From positions 1 through 43,716 of the forward strand of contig CALWRK010000003.1 in NCBI GenBank assembly GCA_944383935.1: a stretch of DNA of 43,716 nt, in the 5' to 3' direction. How positions within the stretch are numbered: the stretch's first letter is position 1; every line of letters starts with the position of its first letter. This DNA comes from an uncultured Clostridia bacterium. Its GTDB lineage: Bacteria; Bacillota; Clostridia; Christensenellales; UBA3700. Shown here piece by piece: positions 18,892 to 29,889 of the stretch. The notes under the pieces are model-generated. The model did not search any database, was not told where the DNA came from, and worked only from the letters and a program-made list of their open reading frames with translations. A program made the translations under genes and the position numbers.

Positions 18892-18922
18892 AAAAAAGCC
18901 GCGATAAAATCGCGGCTTTTTT
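18892..18922 (+). terminator. Rho-independent terminator (A-tract/T-tract flanked, potentially bidirectional)
   Basis: AAAAAAGCCGCGAT-AAA-ATCGCGGCTTTTTT lies 10 nt after the hydrogenase stop. Confidence 0.8.
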
Positions 18923-19039
18923 AATGCGACCCGACCTTTTTGCCCCTTTGCCTTTCGCACTTAGGGGAAGGCTACCGCGCGCATGGTTTTGCCGCGCGCG
19001 GCACAAAATGATTTTATAAGTAAATCTCCGCGCGCCCGC

Positions 19040-19068
19040 TTGTATCTTCTCTGTTAATATGTTATAAT
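19040..19068 (+). promoter_or_regulatory. candidate promoter with extended -10
   Basis: TTGTAT (19040-19045), 17 nt including TGt, TATAAT (19063-19068). It is upstream of the TTG start at 19102. Confidence 0.45.
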
Positions 19069-19101
19069 ATAATATATCCACTTTGTATACGGAGGCGTGA
19101 T

Positions 19102-20118
19102 TTGCGAAAGAGAGCTTGGAAACTGATAATTTCCGCGATGGTGCTGGCTACGCTGCTGGCAGCCATTCTCTGCGCCTGCACGCCCGAGGAAGAGGGTGCG
19201 GATCCTCAGACCTTCTTGTCTTTGACGGTACAAGGTGAGATACCGGGCGGGGGAAATCCCGTGTTGGAATTGCAGCTGACCAATGATATTCATATAAGCG
19301 GCAATTTGAGTAAGGACGACATAGTTTTGGGCGGCGCGCTTGCGAGTATGAGCGTGCAAGAAGTGGAGGTGTTGTCTTCCGGAGTGCGCATCACGCTGGG
19401 CGGTGAGGCGGATTTGGATGGAGAGCGCGGCGAGGGCAGCGTAACTTTGGACTATACCGCCATGAGCGACGGCAACTATGCGCAGGCAAAGGTGAGCGTG
19501 CTCAGATATTACCATCGCTACACGCTGAGCGATTTCACACGCATGAGGAAGGAGGGCAAGATTCTCTCCCTCGCGGACGGATATGTGGAAGTGGGCGGAG
19601 CGGTCACCTCTTTTGACGGAAATAGGTTTTACATTCAAGACGGAGAGAGCGCGGTATGCGTGAGCGCGAGCGGTTTGGGCGGCGTCACGGGCGTGCAGGT
19701 AGGCGATAGCGTAATCGTTCGCGGACGGGTGGGAGAGTTTGCCATAGGCGATATAGTCATATCTGCCACTTCCGTTTCGAAGCAGACGGCGGCATACAAT
19801 GTCCGCGCGGTAGACATAACCTCGCCCGAACAACTTCCGGAGTACTTTGCCAGCGTGGCGAGCATAGAAAATCTGACCGTCGCCGGAGTTGAAGTTCCCA
19901 AACCGGAAAATCCCCATCGTTACAAACTTTTGGTGGACGGCGGCGAATTCAGGCTGATAATCATGTTCAATACGGATGCGTCCGACGACTTTTACGTCGG
20001 CGACGTCATAGCGTTTAACGGAGTGTGCTTGCCTCAAAAGAACTCGGTCGAGGGCAGCGAAAATTACGGACTTTATGTGCTCCATGTGCGTAATGCGTCC
20101 GATGTGATCAAACAGTAG
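19102..20118 (+). CDS. lipoprotein of unknown function (possible OB-fold-like C-terminal half)
   Basis: TTG start 6 nt after GGAGG. The signal peptide ends in the lipobox ILCAC. The C-terminal half (FYIQDGESAVCV...VGDSVIVRGRVGEF) loosely resembles OB-fold modules of surface nucleases. Function not assigned. Confidence 0.65.
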   Translation: MRKRAWKLIISAMVLATLLAAILCACTPEEEGADPQTFLSLTVQGEIPGGGNPVLELQLTNDIHISGNLSKDDIVLGGALASMSVQEVEVLSSGVRITLGGEADLDGERGEGSVTLDYTAMSDGNYAQAKVSVLRYYHRYTLSDFTRMRKEGKILSLADGYVEVGGAVTSFDGNRFYIQDGESAVCVSASGLGGVTGVQVGDSVIVRGRVGEFAIGDIVISATSVSKQTAAYNVRAVDITSPEQLPEYFASVASIENLTVAGVEVPKPENPHRYKLLVDGGEFRLIIMFNTDASDDFYVGDVIAFNGVCLPQKNSVEGSENYGLYVLHVRNASDVIKQ

Positions 20119-20136
20119 GCATAGACGACTGCTATC

Positions 20137-20201
20137 AGTGCGATTTTTTGAAAATCTTCGGTTATAACAATGCCGAAATATTTTCAAAAAGCGCACTTTT
20201 T
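20137..20201. repeat. imperfect AT-rich inverted repeat (long hairpin, possible terminator)
   Basis: AGTGCGATTTTTTGAAAATCTTCGG (20137-20161) pairs with CCGAAATATTTTCAAAAAGCGCACT (20173-20197), followed by TTTT. About 20 of 25 positions pair, with one indel. Confidence 0.4.
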
Positions 20202-20222
20202 GCATTATGTGAAGGCAAATGA

Positions 20223-20251
20223 TTGCAAAGCGGACGTTAAAGCGTTATAAT
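20223..20251 (+). promoter_or_regulatory. candidate atp operon promoter
   Basis: TTGCAA (20223-20228), 17 nt, TATAAT (20246-20251). It lies 46 nt upstream of ATG 20298. Confidence 0.5.
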
Positions 20252-20297
20252 CGTTAGGAAAAAATCGGGGCATGGTCCCGCGGCAAGAAAAAGAATA

Positions 20298-21155
20298 ATG
20301 AAAACGCGTACTAAAAAGATAATAGGATGGAGCGTCGTGGCGCTCATAGTGGTGGCGCTCATAGTGGGGATAATTCTCACGGACGGGCTGTACGCCTCTA
20401 CCGAAGACATATCCGACGTCATGCAAGACGCCGTCTTACACGAGGAAAATCAGGTGAGCATATTCGGGTATAACGTAAATCCCGGATTGGTATCGGCGTA
20501 TGTGGTCACCTTGATATTACTTGCGCTAGCGGCGCTTATCAGGATATTCGCCCTTCCCAAATTCAAGAACGTCCCCGGCAAGTTCCAGCTGGCGGTGGAG
20601 AGCATAGTGGGCTGGTTCGACAAGTTGGCAAAGACAAATTCTCCCCATCGCAATTCCTTCTTGGGCGCATACATCTTTGCGGCGGGCTGTTACATCTTCA
20701 CCGGCACCATATTCGAACTCGTGGGTGCGGCGGTAGTGTCCACGGCGGGTAACTCCGTAGCGCTTCCCGCGCCGCTTTCCGACATAAACGGCGCAATCGC
20801 CATGGGCTTTTTGTCCTACTTTGTGATTTTGAGCGGCGGCATAGCCGGCAACGGTATGCGCGGCGTGGGCAGGACGCTGAAAGACTTCTCTCTGCCCATC
20901 TCCATGAGCTTCCGTCTTTTCGGAGCGCTGCTGTCCGGTCTTTTGGTCACTGAGCTGGTGTATTACTATATCGCGCTCAGCTTTGTGTTGCCTGTGATAG
21001 TGGGCGTACTGTTCACCCTGCTCCATGCGCTCATACAGACGTATGTGCTGGTAATGCTCACGTCCCTGTTCTACGGGGAGGTGTCCGAACCGCACGTCAA
21101 GGTGCCGAAAGAAAAGAAGAAAAAGGCGTCCAAAGCGCGCCAGGGCGCAAAATAA
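20298..21155 (+). CDS. atpB: F0F1 ATP synthase subunit a
   Basis: The essential Arg motif SMSFRLFGALLSG is present, with a multi-TM profile and a C-terminal HALIQTYVLVMLT. It is the first gene of the atp operon. Confidence 0.9.
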   Translation: MKTRTKKIIGWSVVALIVVALIVGIILTDGLYASTEDISDVMQDAVLHEENQVSIFGYNVNPGLVSAYVVTLILLALAALIRIFALPKFKNVPGKFQLAVESIVGWFDKLAKTNSPHRNSFLGAYIFAAGCYIFTGTIFELVGAAVVSTAGNSVALPAPLSDINGAIAMGFLSYFVILSGGIAGNGMRGVGRTLKDFSLPISMSFRLFGALLSGLLVTELVYYYIALSFVLPVIVGVLFTLLHALIQTYVLVMLTSLFYGEVSEPHVKVPKEKKKKASKARQGAK

Positions 21156-21210
21156 GGCTATAACGGGGGTTACCCGATACCATAAAATAAATTTCCGATA
21201 GAGGTATAAC

Positions 21211-21621
21211 ATGAAAAGAGCAATCAAAATCAAGTATGCAACCGCGGCGGTAATGGCGCTTGTAGCGCTGGCTTCGCTGTGCGTGGTGCTCGGACTGGTG
21301 TTCGGCGGCAGCGGCTCCGTATTTGCGGAAGAGACGGAAACTCCCGCGGAAGCGGCGGAAGAAGTCGCGGAAGTCGGCGAAGCGGGCGGAATCACGGATA
21401 CGGGTATGAAAGCCATAGCTGCGGCAATCGCGGTGGGCGTGGCTGCGGCGGCAGGCGCGATAGGTATGGCGATAGCCATAGCCAAGTCAAACGAGAGCAT
21501 TGCCCGTCAGCCCGAGGCAAAGGCGGATATCCGTTCGAGTATGATGTTGGGTCTGGTGTTTATAGAAACCGCCATCATATACGCCCTGATAGTTGCAATA
21601 CTGCTCATATTCGTACTGTAA
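21211..21621 (+). CDS. atpE: F0F1 ATP synthase subunit c with a 65-aa N-terminal extension
   Basis: The C-terminal 70 aa form a canonical hairpin with the loop SIARQPEA and the carboxylate in FIETAIIY. The N-terminal 65 aa are signal-peptide-like plus an acidic linker. AGAGG lies 6 nt before ATG 21211. An alternative internal start is at 21406. Confidence 0.8.
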   Translation: MKRAIKIKYATAAVMALVALASLCVVLGLVFGGSGSVFAEETETPAEAAEEVAEVGEAGGITDTGMKAIAAAIAVGVAAAAGAIGMAIAIAKSNESIARQPEAKADIRSSMMLGLVFIETAIIYALIVAILLIFVL

Positions 21622-21644
21622 GATAGGTAAAGGAGAAAGGGCAT

Positions 21645-22202
21645 ATGCCTTTGAACATCAACTGGCAGCAGATACTTTTACATCTGCTCAACCTCGTTAT
21701 TCTGGTGGTGGGGCTGTATCTCATCTTGTATAAACCGGTAAAGAAGTTTATGAAGAAGAGGGAAGACGACTACAAACAGAGGGAGGACAGCACGCAGGAG
21801 GCGCTGGATAACGCCAAGGCAAAGGAGGAAGAATACACTTCCCGCCTTTCCGCGGTGGAGGAAGAGGTCGCCAAAAAGCGTGAGGACGCGGCAAAAGAGC
21901 TGGCGAAAGTGCGCACTGAAAAGCTACAAGAGGTGGCTAAGGAGGCGGACGAAATGTTGACGTCTGCCCGTGAACGCGCGCAAAAAGAGCATGACAGGAT
22001 AATAAGCGGCGTATCCGATGACATCAAGGAGATAGTGGGAGAAGCGGCGGAAAAGGTGGTTATGACCTCTTCCGTAAACGACGCCTACGAGCAATTCTTG
22101 GACGCTGCTGAAACGGGTGCGAAATCCGCCTTGGCAGGTAAGAAAAAGACGGTTACGTCCATGACCAAGACGAAAGGTAGAAGCGCGAGGAAGAAGCAAT
22201 GA
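21645..22202 (+). CDS. atpF: F0F1 ATP synthase subunit b
   Basis: It has a single N-terminal TM (LLHLLNLVILVVGLYLILY), the YKPVKKFM motif, a long charged helix and a Lys-rich C-terminal tail. Confidence 0.85.
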   Translation: MPLNINWQQILLHLLNLVILVVGLYLILYKPVKKFMKKREDDYKQREDSTQEALDNAKAKEEEYTSRLSAVEEEVAKKREDAAKELAKVRTEKLQEVAKEADEMLTSARERAQKEHDRIISGVSDDIKEIVGEAAEKVVMTSSVNDAYEQFLDAAETGAKSALAGKKKTVTSMTKTKGRSARKKQ

Positions 22203-23934
22203 GCGAGATTAAGGCTATACTGTATTCCGAAACCCGCCCCACGCAGGAGCAGGAGAAGCGCTTTACCAAGTTCTTAAAGGGCAAGTACGGCGCCGGCACC
22301 ACGCTGGAATGGGTGGAGAGCAACCTCTTCCCCGGCGGATTCCGTCTGGAAGCGGGCGACGACGTGTACGACTGGTCGGTGAGCGGCAGGCTCAATCAGC
22401 TCCGCCACCGCATAGAACAGATAAACGGCACGCGCGACGACATCATTCCCCTCATACGTCAGGCGGTGGAGGAATGGACTCCCGAGGCGCTGGCGGAGGA
22501 AACGGGAAAGGTGCTTTCCGTGGGCGACGGCATAGTGTCCGCCGACGGACTCGCGCACGCACAGTACGGAGAGATAGTCATCTTCGACTGCGGCGTGAAG
22601 GGCATGATTCAAGATCTGCGCCCGGATATGTGCGGCATCATCGTGTTCGGCGACTGCCACGACATCACCGCAGGCAGCGTGATACATCGCACGGGCAAGA
22701 CGGCGGGTATTCCCGTAGGTCCCAACTTCATAGGCAGGGTGTTGGACGCACTCGGTCAGCCCATAGACGGCGATGGGGAGATAGAGGCGGCTGCATACCG
22801 TCCCATAGAATGTCCCGCACCCGGAATCATAGACAGACAGCCCGTGAACAAGCCTATGGAAACGGGACTTTTGGTGGTGGATTCCATGTTCCCCATAGGC
22901 AGAGGGCAGCGCGAACTCATCATAGGCGACAGGCAGACGGGTAAGACCGCCATCGCCGTGGACACCATACTCAATCAAAAGGGAAAGAACGTGGTGTGCA
23001 TATATGTGGCGATCGGTCAAAAGGCGGGCAGCGTGGCGCGCCTGGTGGAAACGCTCAGGGTCAACCACGCCATGGAGTACACCATAGTGATAAATGCGGG
23101 CGCCGGCGAATCCGCTCCCATGCAGTATATCGCTCCCTACGCCGGCTGCGCCATGGCGGAATACTTCATGTATGCAGGGAGGGACGTGCTAATAGTATAC
23201 GACGATCTGTCCAAGCACGCCGTGGCGTATCGTACTCTCAGCCTCTTGCTAGAACGCGCTCCCGGCAGAGAGGCGTACCCGGGCGACGTGTTCTATCTGC
23301 ATTCCCGCCTTTTGGAGCGCGCGGCGCACCTGTCCGAGGAGTTGGGAGGAGGCAGCATAACCGCACTTCCCATAGTGGAAACGCAGGCGGGCGACGTATC
23401 CGCATATATCCCCACCAACGTCATATCCATCACGGACGGGCAGATATTCTTGGAGAGCGAACTCTTCTTCGAAGGTCAGCGCCCCGCGGTGAACATAGGT
23501 CTTTCCGTTTCGCGTGTGGGCGGCGCGGCTCAGACGAAAGCGGTCAAAAAGGCGGTGGGTTCTCTTCGCCTGGATTTGGCGCAGTACAGGGAGATGGAGG
23601 TGTTTATGCAGTTTGCGTCCGATTTGGACGAACTCACGCGCAAGCAGCTGTACTACGGTCAGGGGCTTATGCGTCTGCTCCGTCAGCCGCAGTCCAAGCC
23701 CTACTCGCAGGCGCAGGAAATAATCCTGCTCATCACCGCCATGGGGAAGAAATTCGTAGATATCCCCGTGGACGACGTGAACGAGTGCGCGGGCAAGATG
23801 CTGGAATACTTTTCTTCGCAGGCTCCCTCCCTCTACGGGGAATTGGAAAATGCCGCCGAACTTACGGCGGAGCTGAAAGAGAGTATTTTGACCACGGCGG
23901 ACAAGTTTCGCAAGGAATATAATAACAAGAAAGC

Positions 23935-23938
<4 letters not shown>
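22199..23938 (+). CDS. atpA: F0F1 ATP synthase subunit alpha with a fused N-terminal delta(OSCP) C-terminal-domain-like module
   Basis: Residues ~78-579 are a standard alpha subunit (VGDGIVSADGL, Walker A GDRQTGKT, DDLSKHA). Residues ~3-74 resemble the delta C-terminal domain (LFPGGFRLEAGDDVYDWSVSGRLNQL). The start overlaps the atpF stop, so no separate atpH gene fits. Confidence 0.9.
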
Positions 23939-26629
<2,691 letters not shown>

Positions 26630-26763
26630 GAATACTTCAAAGTGCGGCGCAAGCCGGCGTTTTATATAAATTTGTTCAAATCGCAGACCTATGACGAGGC
26701 AAAAGGAGAGGAAAAGAGAGATTTTCCTCCGTTATAAAATGCGGTTAAAGATATATAATATTA

Positions 26764-26792
26764 TTGACAAGGGGAGGATTTGACTGTATAAT
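26764..26792 (+). promoter_or_regulatory. sigma-A type promoter, exact consensus, followed by a ~160-nt leader
   Basis: TTGACA (26764-26769), 17 nt, TATAAT (26787-26792). The next start codon is at 26952. Confidence 0.55.
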
Positions 26793-26951
26793 AAAAAAGT
26801 AGCGGAATAGTCTTTTTGCATCGTTGCAAACAGGTTCGCGCACGGGCACAGTGACGCTCCGCTCAGGCGACATCATACGGAGTCGTTCGACAAAATCCGA
26901 CAATCTCCGTATCCCGCCGAAAAAACAAATCGGGCAAATGCAAGGAGAATT

Positions 26952-28397
26952 ATGGAAGAAGAATTTGAATCGCGCATTGCGTGGTCTGAAGTGTTCAAGA
27001 TAATCAAAAAGCGGCTTATCATCATCGTCGCCGTGGCTTTGGTGCTGGCAATAGTGGTGGGTCTGCTTACCGCTTTCGTATTCAACGCCGGAAAGGATAC
27101 ATACACCCTTTCTTTCGACCTGAAAAGCCCCACGAGCGGCTATCCGGACGGCACGACTTTCACCATAAGTTCGCTGGTATACGCGGAGAACTTGCAGGAG
27201 GTCAAGGACGCCGGAGGAGAGCAATTTGCTTCTTTGGACATAGCCAAGCTGTCGTCGGGCGGCATAACCATTGCGGATAACTCCATTCCCACGGAAGCAG
27301 ATCAGGTGGTGAACTACACTTCCAGATACACCATAACCACGCAGTCGGAATATTTTGAAAGTTTTGACCAGGCCAATGCCTTTATGCGTGCAGTGGCGGA
27401 AAAGTACGTTTCGGAAGTGAACGAGCGCCTTGCAACGCGCAACTATACCACTTGGGAGAACGAATTCGCCCGCGCAACTACATATGACGCTCAGCTGAAC
27501 GTGCTTACCAGCCAATACAACAGCGTTTTGAGCAACTACGATTCCCTGACGTCTACCCGCGCCTATGCGGACTTTATCCCCGCCACTTTGAACGGCGTTG
27601 CCAATACGCTCACGCTTTCTCAACTTCGTTCGGAGGCGGCTGGCGACCTTTTAATCAATCTTGACGCGCTTAAAGCAGAGCAGACGGCTAACGGCTATGT
27701 TCTGGAAAGCGAAAACGCACGTTATTATTTAGAGTCGCAGGTGGCTACTCTGGAGTTGGAAAGAAGCCAGAATGCGGACGAGATAACCGCGCTTACCGCT
27801 GAGCGCGACAAGCTGGTTGACCAGCTTGTGAATGCGGGTGCGAACAACAATATTGCAGCCACTTTCGAATCTTTCAATAATAGAATAGTAACTTTGACTC
27901 AGCGCAACATAGAGATAGCCTATGAGCTGAACAAGCTGTACGCTTCTATGGGGTACACTTCGTCCGGGGAGGGCGCAGATACCACATGGACAGAGCCGGA
28001 GGATAGCACTAAGTACAAGACCGCTCCTCCCACTTTTACAGCAGAAATTGAGGCGATATACAACCAAATCCAAGTCAACACTTCCACCATGGAAGAGGCG
28101 ATAAAGGCGCTGTATGCGGAATTTACGAAAGTTGAGTTTGCCCAGGCGCAAGCCCAGGTGACCGGCGGCGGCACGAGCGTGATCTTGGTGACGATAGCGG
28201 TATTCGTAATTGCAGCGGTAGTGGTAGCGTGCGTGTTCTGCTTTGTCGAATATCCCAAGGCAAAGAGGGAGAAAGAAGAAAGAGAGGCGGCACTTGCGGC
28301 GGCGCAGGCGGAGGTCAAGGCAGGACCCATAACCATCACGGAAGTCAAGGACGAAGCCGCGGCTACCACCACGGACGAGGATAACAAAGAAGAGTAA
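26952..28397 (+). CDS. bitopic membrane protein with Wzz/polysaccharide co-polymerase-like topology
   Basis: There is an N-terminal TM (LIIIVAVALVLAIVVGLLTAFV) after a Wzz-like lead-in (IAWSEVFKIIKKR). A ~380-aa hydrophilic, coiled-coil-prone domain follows, then a C-terminal TM (ILVTIAVFVIAAVVVACVFCFV) and a charged tail. The functional call rests on topology only. Confidence 0.55.
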   Translation: MEEEFESRIAWSEVFKIIKKRLIIIVAVALVLAIVVGLLTAFVFNAGKDTYTLSFDLKSPTSGYPDGTTFTISSLVYAENLQEVKDAGGEQFASLDIAKLSSGGITIADNSIPTEADQVVNYTSRYTITTQSEYFESFDQANAFMRAVAEKYVSEVNERLATRNYTTWENEFARATTYDAQLNVLTSQYNSVLSNYDSLTSTRAYADFIPATLNGVANTLTLSQLRSEAAGDLLINLDALKAEQTANGYVLESENARYYLESQVATLELERSQNADEITALTAERDKLVDQLVNAGANNNIAATFESFNNRIVTLTQRNIEIAYELNKLYASMGYTSSGEGADTTWTEPEDSTKYKTAPPTFTAEIEAIYNQIQVNTSTMEEAIKALYAEFTKVEFAQAQAQVTGGGTSVILVTIAVFVIAAVVVACVFCFVEYPKAKREKEEREAALAAAQAEVKAGPITITEVKDEAAATTTDEDNKEE

Positions 28398-28423
28398 AAG
28401 ATAATTTTCGCACATAAAACACA

Positions 28424-28460
28424 AAGCCTTGAATAGCCAAGCGGTATTCAAGGCTTTTTA
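28424..28460. terminator. Rho-independent terminator between convergent genes
   Basis: AAGCCTTGAATA-GCCAAGCGG-TATTCAAGGCTT followed by TTTT. Confidence 0.75.
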
Positions 28461-28546
28461 TAATGCGTTGATTTTATGGTGAAGTGACTGTACTAGCGAT
28501 TAGGTCGATATTCAACTGTCGCGCTTTCCTTTGACAGGGGAAATAA

Positions 28547-29722
28547 TTACTCCGCGTCCACGCTTCTCTCCACGGTAGGGATAGCGAACAACTTTTTATC
28601 CCTCTCGCGTACCTTTCTGCACACTTCCTCCTTCACCTTGTCGGGGGAGAGTTTGCTGCCGAAGGGAATGGCTATGTCAAATATGAGGTTGGTATGCGAA
28701 ATACCGTCCACCATGCGAAAGTCGTGCACGTTAAAAGAGGGGTCTATCTCGGACACTATCTTCTCCACCATCTCGCGGCAGGCGTTGCATTTGGGATTAT
28801 CCAAGACCACGGGATCCAGATGTACCACGAGCACTATATCCGTATTGCAGGCAAAGTCGCGTTCTATGGTGTCTGCCAAATCGTGCCCTTGCATCATGGG
28901 CATATTCGCGTCCACCTCCACATGGACGGAAGCGTAGTATTTGCTGTGTCCGTAGCTGTGAACCATCAGGTCGTGTATACCGTGCACGCCGCCGTGCATG
29001 AATATGCGCTCGCGTATCTTTTTGACTATCTCGGGGTCGGGCGCTTCTCCCAGCAGTTTTCCTATCGTTTCGCGGAATATGCTCACTCCGGCAAGAGCGA
29101 TGAAGAGGGCGACGAATATGCCCATATATCCGTCTATATTCACGCCGGCAAAGCGGGACACTATCACCGCTATAAGCGCGGCAAAGGTGGTGAGGCAGTC
29201 GGTGAGGCTGTCCAGGGCGGTGGCTTTTATCACTTCGGAATTTATGCGGCGGGCTATGGAGCGGTTGAAGAGGAAGAGCCAGAGTTTCACGCCTATGGAT
29301 ACGCTTAGAACCACCACGGATAGCACGCTCCACACCGTGTCTTCTCCCGGGTTTATCAGCTGAGATACAGACTCTATCATCAATTCCACCGCCAGCACGA
29401 GCACTATCATCGCCACGATGAGCGCCGCCAAGTACTCCGAGCGTTGATGTCCGAAGGGGTGTTTTTTATCCGCGGGTTTTCCCGCCATTTTGAAGCCTAT
29501 GACCGACACGGCCCCGCTGCCGCAGTCGGATAGGTTGTTCAAGCCGTCCGCAAGCACGGATATGGCTCCGGACAGGGCGCCTGCGGTTATCTTTGCGCCG
29601 GCAAGGAGCACGTTGGCTATCATGCACACCACGGAAGAGAGGCTGCCGTAGGCTATGCGCACCCTCTCGTTTCCCGTATCCTTGTAATCTTTGACGAACA
29701 ATCTTATAAGCAGTGCGGTCAT
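28547..29722 (-). CDS. cation diffusion facilitator (CDF) family metal efflux transporter
   Basis: The TM2 motif is LADGLNNLSDC, the TM5 motif is ALDSLTDCL, and HPFGHQR is present, with a C-terminal cytoplasmic domain. GGAGGA lies 7 nt before ATG 29722. The longer ORF from 29764 was not used. Confidence 0.9.
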   Translation of the reverse strand: MTALLIRLFVKDYKDTGNERVRIAYGSLSSVVCMIANVLLAGAKITAGALSGAISVLADGLNNLSDCGSGAVSVIGFKMAGKPADKKHPFGHQRSEYLAALIVAMIVLVLAVELMIESVSQLINPGEDTVWSVLSVVVLSVSIGVKLWLFLFNRSIARRINSEVIKATALDSLTDCLTTFAALIAVIVSRFAGVNIDGYMGIFVALFIALAGVSIFRETIGKLLGEAPDPEIVKKIRERIFMHGGVHGIHDLMVHSYGHSKYYASVHVEVDANMPMMQGHDLADTIERDFACNTDIVLVVHLDPVVLDNPKCNACREMVEKIVSEIDPSFNVHDFRMVDGISHTNLIFDIAIPFGSKLSPDKVKEEVCRKVRERDKKLFAIPTVERSVDAE

Positions 29723-29752
29723 TACCCCATCCTCCGCTGTTATATACGCTCG

Positions 29753-29781
29753 ATTATAGCACACAATCGGACAAAATGCAA
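29753..29781 (-). promoter_or_regulatory. candidate promoter for the CDF gene (extended -10)
   Basis: On the minus strand: TTGCAT (29781-29776), 17 nt ending in TGc, TATAAT (29758-29753). Confidence 0.5.
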
Positions 29782-29812
29782 CCTTGTTTTGAGTAAAAGA
29801 CTTTACCCGTTG

Positions 29813-29841
29813 TTGACATTTGACTTTTTACGATATATAAT
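29813..29841 (+). promoter_or_regulatory. sigma-A type promoter, exact consensus
   Basis: TTGACA (29813-29818), 17 nt, TATAAT (29836-29841). It lies 48 nt upstream of ATG 29890. Confidence 0.6.
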
Positions 29842-29889
29842 ATACATATGCTTTTGCGCTCGCGCGCGAAACGGGAAAAGGAGAATTTT

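Noticed and set aside
20526-21500. 324-aa minus-strand ORF across atpB and atpE
   Set aside because: It is antisense to two well-supported ATP synthase genes and its product is low complexity (AAAATPTAIAAAMA...).
21406-21621. Na+-coupled c-ring
   Set aside because: The helix-1 position that is Gln/Glu in Na+-binding c subunits (I. tartaricus Q32) aligns with Met here. The ET pair alone is insufficient, so H+ coupling is more likely.
22309-23922. Two long plus-strand alternate-frame ORFs (211 and 308 aa) inside atpA
   Set aside because: The translations are Arg/Gly-rich nonsense (RRRGRRHS...). The overlapping frame encodes an unmistakable alpha subunit.
26793-26951. Known riboswitch in the long leader (c-di-GMP or c-di-AMP classes considered)
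   Set aside because: I could not recognise the conserved cores of GEMM-I/II or ydaO. Only generic stem-loops are visible, so it is kept as an unclassified leader.
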